Assembly (NCBI GenBank): GCA_051047955.1
Contig: JBPGPT010000054.1
Span: 1-64,000 of the forward strand
DNA: 64,000 nucleotides
Direction of reading: 5' to 3'
From: Cystobasidiomycetes sp. EMM_F5
Taxonomy: Eukaryota
Shown: positions 56,588 through 64,000 of the stretch, piece after piece
How the letters are laid out: every line of letters begins with the position of its first letter
Numbering within the stretch: position 1 is the stretch's first letter
The notes under the pieces: generated by a model
The model's input: the letters and a program-made list of their open reading frames with translations, nothing else
What the model was told of the DNA's origin: nothing
Databases searched by the model: none
Position numbers and translations under genes: made by a program

Positions 56588-59026
56588 TCAACACCCGCGA
56601 ATATACTCTAGCAGATGACCAACGATATCCCGCAGCTTTGCGCCCTCGTTGAATGCTCCCGATGTGCCATCCGCATCGCCATTCGTCTGCAAAGTCTTGC
56701 TGTCTATGCCTGTCGAGTCTCCTATATTCCTCTGGTACTCTTCCAGAACATCGACAACTTCCTTGAACGACGAACCTGCTTTGGCAAGCAAGTCGCGAGC
56801 ATGATCTCGGACCTGAAAGTCCGCAACACAGATTTAGCACACCCTTCGCTTCGCATAGACTGCCTCGACTCACGCCGTCATCTTCCATGCATATCCAAGC
56901 CAAGATGTAATCTGCCAGCTGTAGGCTGTACAAGCCTGCATCGAGACGACGCAAGTACTCTTCCACGTCATCTAGGTCCAACCCTTCCTTCTCTAGCATT
57001 TCGCGATCCCGCTTCAACTCGGCTTCTCGCTTTCTTACTCTTCCTAGCAGGGCTGTACGAATAGCGACAAGACGGGTGACTTTGGCATAATCCTCCTCGA
57101 CGAATTTGCGAAGAACGCGTATCCGAGAGACAGACTCGGACGGTAGATTCGCAAAGAGAGATGCCAGTATACCGAGAACGTGTTCTTCATCTGTCGAGCT
57201 TAGAATGCCCCACTTTTTACCAGCTTTCGCTTCCTGAGAGATGGGGCTGGATTCAGCCGGTGATGAGAGGGAGCGCTGTTGTTCAGGCTTACCGTCTGCA
57301 TCAAAGCGCTAAATAGCCCTTTGAGACCTTGCGCATCGACAAAAGTCTCGCACGCCTGCGCTCCCGCTTCCCCACTCATTGCATGATCGAGGACTTTGAT
57401 TGCCCTCGTTCGAGCAAGCAGTTTTTCTCGCATCATAATAACCATCAACTCGGTTCCTTCCTCTTGCACAAATATCGCTTTCGTCTCGGATGATGACAGG
57501 GCCGAGCAGAGTGCATCAAAGATGTTTTCCATGTATTCCAATTCTTCCGCTCCGAGCGGGTCTCGTTTTCGAAAAGTCTGGAAATTGCGAAATGTCAGTC
57601 GTCTGTGGATAAGCCAAGTGGGATCTACAGCTCACCGAGAGAACTTGCAGAGCTACTTGTACTCCGCCTTCCTTCGTAAAGGCATTTCGGGCATCCGCAC
57701 CGGCATCGCCTTGTAACAGGATAGCCAGCAACTCAGCTGCATACTGTCTATTCTGAGCCATAGCAGGATCTTCTGCTTTCTGTTTATCCTTGACCTGTGC
57801 TGCAGCTTTGCCCTTTTGCTTGTCCATCGAAGGTGGCTGCAGGCGTTTGAGCAGCCATGCCAGCAGAGTCGTCTGCGATGTGATTGTCGTCGACAATGTC
57901 GGTAGAAGAGACAAGAGGTTCTCGACCAAGCCAAGAGTGTGAAATACACCAGCTCGTTCCGCCTCCTCTTCTGCTTCCCTCAGCCGCGATATGTTGGCTA
58001 CTGCCAATTCAACGAGCTGTGCCTTGACGAGATCATCAGCCAGTTTTGCTACAGCGTCTCTTGCTCCGCCATCTACATCCTCGTCCTCATCTTCATCCCC
58101 TCCTTCTCCAGCTTCGGCAACATCGTCATCCGTCAGTTCTTCCAGCACGTTGACGACGGATAGTGAAATGTCAATATTCTCGTGTGATAGTAAATCTGCC
58201 AGGGACGACACAATGCCGAGCTTTGTCAGTTCGGGATAGAAGGCTGTCGGATTGGATGTGAGGAGGAGCAGCTCTTGGATCGCCGTATCCAGGGCGACTT
58301 CAGAGTCAACGTACCTGTTTTGCATGGGGTCAAACGGGATTTAGTTGGAATAACACACGCTCCACCCACTTTTCAGGCTGTCCTGCCCATTTTATCCTCA
58401 TTTCGGCATTCTTGTTGATGGCTCTCTCGAGGTTGAGTAGCTGTCTCCGCACGCTCTGCAGGCTGAGAGCAGAAGGGTCATTCCGGGTGTCTTGTCCGTC
58501 GTCTCCCTCGTCGAGTATCTCCAGAATCTGAACGGAGAGTCGTTAGAATACGCGCAAAGAGTACATACGACACTCTACGCACCTGCTTTTGCGTGCTCGA
58601 CAGACCACCGCCAAAGAACCGACCATCCGCATCTTCCTCGACAAAGTAGTCGCTGTCGTTGCCCGGCGCAAACGAAGCTTCGTAGGAATTATCCATATCT
58701 TCATTGTCGTCGTCGTCGTCGTCTTCTGCCACCGTCACTGCCGTCTGCTGCTGCACCAGTCGTTGTTTGCCCTTGTATCCGGCAATGTCTGCGTGAATGC
58801 CACATAAAAAGAGAGCGATATGCCCATCAGCACGCTCCCATCCCATCCCGTTCCATCGCTCATCCCATCCAATATCCCCCCACCGTCGCTAGCTTTCCGC
58901 TTTGCTGGACTTGCCAATAACGAGCTTCCAGCTGTCGGCAGCTTCGGGGCCTGCGATGGAATGGAACACTGTCAATGGCTGTTATCGTGTATTGCTCTCA
59001 GTGCCGACCTTGAAGACGGCGTCCAT
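56588..59026 (-). CDS. CTNNBL1: Beta-catenin-like protein 1 (PRP19/NTC spliceosomal component)
   Basis: EEDADGRFFGGGL, YVDSEVALD, LLSHENIDI, NRQYAAELLAILLQ, EYMENIFDALCS and YLRRLDAGLYSLQ. Confidence 0.92.
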
Positions 59027-59230
59027 GGTTGTTGCGGAATTGGCGAAACGGCAACAAGGGTTCAATATTTTGGATAGTGTCAATCTTGACTCTGCTCCAA
59101 TTGCTGAATACAAGACTACTGCAAACGCACACTGCAGTCTTAGACGCTGTTCTGCTATACCATAACCGCCTGAATCACCGCCAGCCTCGTCAAAGCGCCA
59201 TCCTTTCACGACATCTTCATCAATAAATCC

Positions 59231-60185
59231 ATGGCATCCAAGTCTGGCAATCCAGCCTCTGCGGCACTCGACAGCGGCAGCAACACGCCAGTAGTAGCGT
59301 CAAGTGCAGTTGGAGTGTCCCAGTCTCAGTCCCAGTCTGGATCCACGGCCGCAGCCAACGGTGGATACGACTATTCCGCATACTACGCCCAGCAGGGCTA
59401 CACGCCCGTAGCAGCGACGTCGACGGGCTACGATTCGACTGCGTATTCGTCGTATACCAGTGCAGCGGCAGGGACGAGCGGGGGTTACTCGTACAATTCC
59501 TACCCGGCCTACGATGCGACTGGATACGGCTACGGAGCAGAGTCGTCGAGCTACGCATCAGGCTCGGCGGGAGGTTACGGCATCACGGATGAAGAGCTCG
59601 CAGCACAGCAGTCCATCTGTGAGTATTGCGCCAATTCATCCTGGTCTGACACTGGCTGACTCGGATGACGTTCCAGACAATGCCGACAATGCAGCGCAGG
59701 CAGAGTTTACAAAGAAGGCCCAGAAGGGTCAAGCGAGGCGGACAGTGTTGCGCAAGGGAGCGGGAGAAGTATGGGAGGATGCGACCCTCATGGAGTGGGA
59801 TCCATCGCACTTTCGCCTCTTTATCGGCGATCTAGGCAACGACGTAAATGACGATACTCTCATTGCCGCCTTTGGGCCAGACAAAGGCTGGCCGTCGTTT
59901 GTCAAGGCCAAAGTAGTGCGAGATAAAGTAACAAACAAGACGAGGGGATACGGCTTTGTGTCGTACTCTGACCCGGAAGACTTTATGAAGGCGTGGAAGG
60001 CAATGAATGGCAAGTACGTCGGATCGAGGCCTGTCAAGATTCAGAAGGCGTCGACAGGCGTGAGGCAGGTCGATATAGGCCAGAAGAAGGCAAAAGATCT
60101 CGACACGAAAAAGAAGAAGACTGGACCGAGCAATAAAGTCAGAGGCGCACTCCAGACAAACTGGTCCGGGCATATCAGACGTTGA
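59231..60185 (+). CDS. RBM42-like RRM protein
   Basis: RTVLRKGAGEVWEDATLMEWDPSHFRLFIGDLGNDV...GYGFVS...MNGKYVGSRP. Confidence 0.9.
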
Positions 60186-60565
60186 GGTGGGAAGAGGTTC
60201 GGCGTGCATGCTGTTAAACATATGTATATATATACATATCAGTCGAGGTGATTATAGTAAACGATGTAAGAGCATTTATTTGTTTATTGCAACTCCGCAG
60301 AATGCGCATGCAATAGGTTTCATCGCGTCCAGTTTATACAACGCTGACCTTGCTACGCTCTTCTTAGATGCGATCAATCGGCTCTTCCAGTGATCCTGCC
60401 AAACCCATTCTCCCCAATATTGTTGCTCATTTTTGGGAGGCTATTCCTGCCTGTTGCCTTTAGCTGACGTATATCAGTGCGGCTCTCGCGGTGCGCACTT
60501 GCTCGAGGTCGCCGTTCGTTAACCTTCCTACTTTGCCAAACATTGATTGTTCAAGGCTGTCTCCA

Positions 60566-62774
60566 TTACTTCTCAAGCCATGCACCGACGGTGTCGGCTG
60601 CAGCGATGCGAGTCTCCGGACGATTGGTGCCGTTAAAGCGCACGCTATAGCAAAATGACTTTCAGCAATGAGCTCAAGAGCGGACGGAAGCCACTCACAC
60701 GAGGCCCGCCGCTTCAATCTCGTCCACATAATCCTCGAATGTTGCGTATTTGAGACAGGTCCACTGTCTGCCATTCGGGAGTCAAAGTGTGTTCGCAGAA
60801 ATGCCTAGAAATGGCCACATACTTATTCAATGCATACTTGACTGCGCCCAGCAGCGGCTCTCCAGACCACATGACTTGCGATATCTGGATGGCGTACAAA
60901 AGAGGACGTGCGCGAATTTTGACTGTGCTTCCGCTCATGCTTGTACCTGCACAGGAGTCAGTAAATAGTTTGATGCAGGTGGTCCGCGGCAAGATGCTTG
61001 CCTTGGATCTTAGCACTGTCCAGTGCCTGCCACATCTTCACGTAGAGTTTGGATTTTGCTCCTTCATTATGAGAGAAGGTGCACTTGTCTGCAAAAGCGC
61101 AATGATTGTTGTAGAAGTGGTTTTTGCAGGGCACAGTCCGATGATTCGCCGATGTCGCATCTGATTTGACAGCTTGACCTGGTGCAGGAATACTATTACT
61201 GTCGTATGTAGTGCCCTTTGCCACCGGAGATGCAAGGGCATTCAAAACCGAAATGCTTTTCCACACATTATGCTGTGGAAGAGCGGGCGAGAAGGCGGAT
61301 GCGTTAGGCGCAGCGATCGCAGAGTTGTCGGCAGGCAGTGCAAGAGCTGTGCCATCTCCTTCAGTCGTATTGCAAAGGTCGAGAGACACCATCTTTGGTG
61401 AGGTCAATTTTTCAGCAGCTTTCTCATCAGCGGCAGACGTGAGAGATTGCATGTCGCCTGGCTGGGGCGCGTTTGCTGACGTTGAGCTCGTTACGGCTTC
61501 CGTCTTGTCGGATTTTGCGCGGTAAGAACTATTGTATAGAGGCTCTCGGCGAAAGAGACCAGCCGGCAGCTCGAAGAGCGGCAGTCCTAGATCCGCGTAT
61601 CCCCTTCACCCAAAGTCAGCCTATTCCACCATGACGTGCTGCATTCCACTTACTTTGCCATGAAAGATCCGTCTAAACGCGTGGCCACGAAGTCTGTCAG
61701 CCTTTGAATCATCGTATGAGCATAAAATCCCACTCTTAAGAACGATTAGCTTGTCGGACATATTAACAGTCACAAAATTGCTGAAATGCCAGCCTGATAA
61801 GCTCGGCGCGTGCATCAAGCATATAACGTATCATGAGTCCCTTACTTGAGTGCACCAATATAGCCTGCATCGTGAGAGCCGCCGATGATGATGGCGCCGC
61901 ATTGTGGCACTCCAGCGTAAAGTCGCATTGCCTCTGTCATTACCATTTAGCGGATGTTTGTCCGTCAGATACAGCGCTCGGATTGTGCACCAGAGACCCT
62001 ACCTTTGATTTTGTCGTCTGCATTATCTTTGCCGAATCCCACGTCAATCACAGCCAAAAGGTGCTGGGCGCTGCTCAGCCCTTGGATGAAGTTGTCATAA
62101 TGTATGCCGCCAATATTAGCATATTGTTTAAGTGCTGATCTCAGCCCTTCTCTGTTAAAGTCTGGAGTCGGAAAGGTGTCAATTCGCTTGAGGATTGAGG
62201 CGTCATTACCGACGTACAGATATTGACAATGATGGGGAGCTTGTCGACACCATCACCAGCCCAAGTGGCAAGACACGAACGTAGCATAGCCAGCAGATCT
62301 CGAGCTGCCTGCCGTCCGCCCTCTGCACCGACCTTCATCAATTCTTCAGCAAACTGCAAGAATATGGATGATCAAATGAAACCTGTTAAACATATCGTTT
62401 ATATACTAGCTCACTATGAGTCCGTCGCCATCCAGTAGAGCTACAGCGAAAGCTGCATCGCTGCATTTCCTGTGGGCTTTCATAGCTTGGTCCAGGGATG
62501 CCTGAAGGTCTTTGTTCTTGCGCTCGGTTTCGCTTTCTTTAACCTTGCATTCTTTGTTTAGCGAGCGCATAGCTTCCATACTGAGCTGGATCTCGTCTCT
62601 CTGAAGAAGTTGTCAGACAATACGTCAAACGCAAATCTTGTCAGACGAATTCACCTCAACTACTAGGGCCTCCTTCTCGAGTTTCAACTTGTCGACTAGA
62701 TCGGTAAAAGCAGTCATAATGGACGTGACCTGCGAGACATATTCGCCCGGGCTTAGGTATGCGTCGCCGCCCAT
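60566..62774 (-). CDS. Uncharacterised protein: coiled coil, NYN/PIN-like domain, CCCH zinc finger and C-terminal LOTUS-like winged helix
   Basis: LLDGDGLI/F, GAEGGRQAA, IDVGFGKDNADDKIK, GGSHDAGY, C-x8-C-x5-C-x3-H, and PLLYAI...FEDYVDEIEAAGLV. About 10 exons; stop at 60566-60568. Confidence 0.75.
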
Positions 62775-63353
62775 GTTGACCAAAGTTCTGTGATTGGAGG
62801 ACGCAACGGAGGTTTGGGCCGCGATCTTATTGGAAGGGAAGGAAAGAGAGGCAAGCCGCCCAGGCGTTTGCGTGCGAGACTTCACGTTCTCTTTGTTCAA
62901 CGTCTGACACTTGCACGCCATTTTGTGATCACCAGACGGTGTGCCCAACGGAAAACCAGTTCATTCAGATTCTAGGTTTCGCAAAACGGCAGCGGAGGCG
63001 GAACCGTGACAACCTCTATGGGTAGAGCAGAGCCACTTGTATACCAGCGGCAAGTAGATTATCATTGCAGTGTGCGAAGTATGCGCGAGCCGCGCAGTAT
63101 ATCCTATCGAAGTCTGCCCTCCTCATCTACGCTTGCCTGCCCGTATCGACGCTACAAGTGAGAAGGATCGCTCTCATGAGCTCCGTGAGGTCAGTCATCA
63201 GCGTTGAACAAGACGGAAGTAGGTGGAGACGGAGACGGAGGTTTGCCACATTGGAAGAAACGGAGTCATCTAGCATGACAACCTTTGTAATGGCGGTCAT
63301 CAAGAGTCAGTCTCATACAGCTCTGCAGCTATTGACATGTTGCGTTTTCCATT

Positions 63354-64000
63354 TCAGCGGCGAGACTCTGCGATGGCCTTCGTTACGACCACATAGGAAT
63401 TTGGTGTATAGCGACCACTAACGTACGCTCTACCGCGCTTACTTCATCAGCTCAATGCTTCAAAATTTCATGCGGATCACTCACACGAAGCCGCTTTCCT
63501 CTACTTCGTCGAGATAATCATCGAGACATTCAAATTGATCCTCCAGCCACGAGTTGATCCTATTAAACTGTCAGACTTGTCGTAATCGACAGTGTATACA
63601 CAGCGTACTGTTGTAGTGCAAACAAGACTATTTGAAACAAAGGCCGATAACACAGGCTTTGTGCGATATCGACAGCATATAGAAGGGGGAGCGCACGTTG
63701 CTCGGCAGTACACGGTCTAGAGGCACGCTCTGCATGTATATCTGCGTATCAGCAAAGCTGTCCACAAGACTAGCCTTATACGCACCATTGTCTGCCCAAG
63801 TTTCAACGGCTCTCCACATTTTGATACACGTATCCGAGATACGATTCGCAGAGTGACTGTGCTGGCAAGAATGGCCAGTTGAGCATTGCTGATGTAGAAA
63901 GAAAGGTTTGCATGGCAGACTCTCGTACATTCCGACTTCGACCGGCCAGGGCCAAGGTGGTCGAGTTGTCTGGCCAAAAGTGCCCGTTGGTTGAACGTCT
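63354..64000 (-). CDS. 3' part of a tandem paralogue of the 60566-62774 gene (CCCH finger and LOTUS-like helix); 5' end lies beyond the window
   Basis: CKPFFLHQQCSTGHSCQHSH, KMWRAV, RALPLLYAVDIAQ and LDDYLDEVEESGFV. Three introns sit at the same positions and phases as in the neighbour. Confidence 0.8.

Noticed and set aside
60220..60239. Perfect 20-bp palindrome ATATGTATATATATACATAT
   Set aside because: A low-complexity TA tract just after the RBM42-like stop, consistent with an ordinary 3'-end signal.

Overview
Gene-dense eukaryotic DNA with many short (~50-60 nt) GT-AG introns carrying CTRAY branch sites. It is fungal, most likely a basidiomycete yeast (inferred from intron style, micro-exons and protein families). 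I reconstructed about 26 spliced protein-coding loci by hand. Housekeeping genes: NOP14, kinesin-3, actin, TSR2, cullin-3, Ptc5-type PP2C, MED13, an AVT2-like transporter, RQC1/TCF25, RIX7, a Nam8-like RRM protein, CTNNBL1 and RBM42. An accessory metabolic block at ~21.7-31.5 kb holds a DAL5-type MFS permease, an SMP-30 lactonase, an AlkB oxygenase, a bacterial-type 4-hydroxylaminobenzoate lyase (PnbB) homologue, a mitochondrial carrier and a secreted lipase. Most notable: (1) two tandem paralogues at the right end sharing a CCCH finger and a LOTUS-like winged helix, the complete one also with a NYN/PIN-like domain; (2) two adjacent homologous introns flanking a required 4-nt micro-exon; (3) the intron-containing PnbB homologue; (4) an orphan but splice-intact MFS 3' end abutting an antisense dioxygenase; (5) a stand-alone kexin-prodomain-like protein. 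I found no rRNA, tRNA, CRISPR array or transposon. Exon boundaries and family names come from manual reading and motif recognition, not from database searches.
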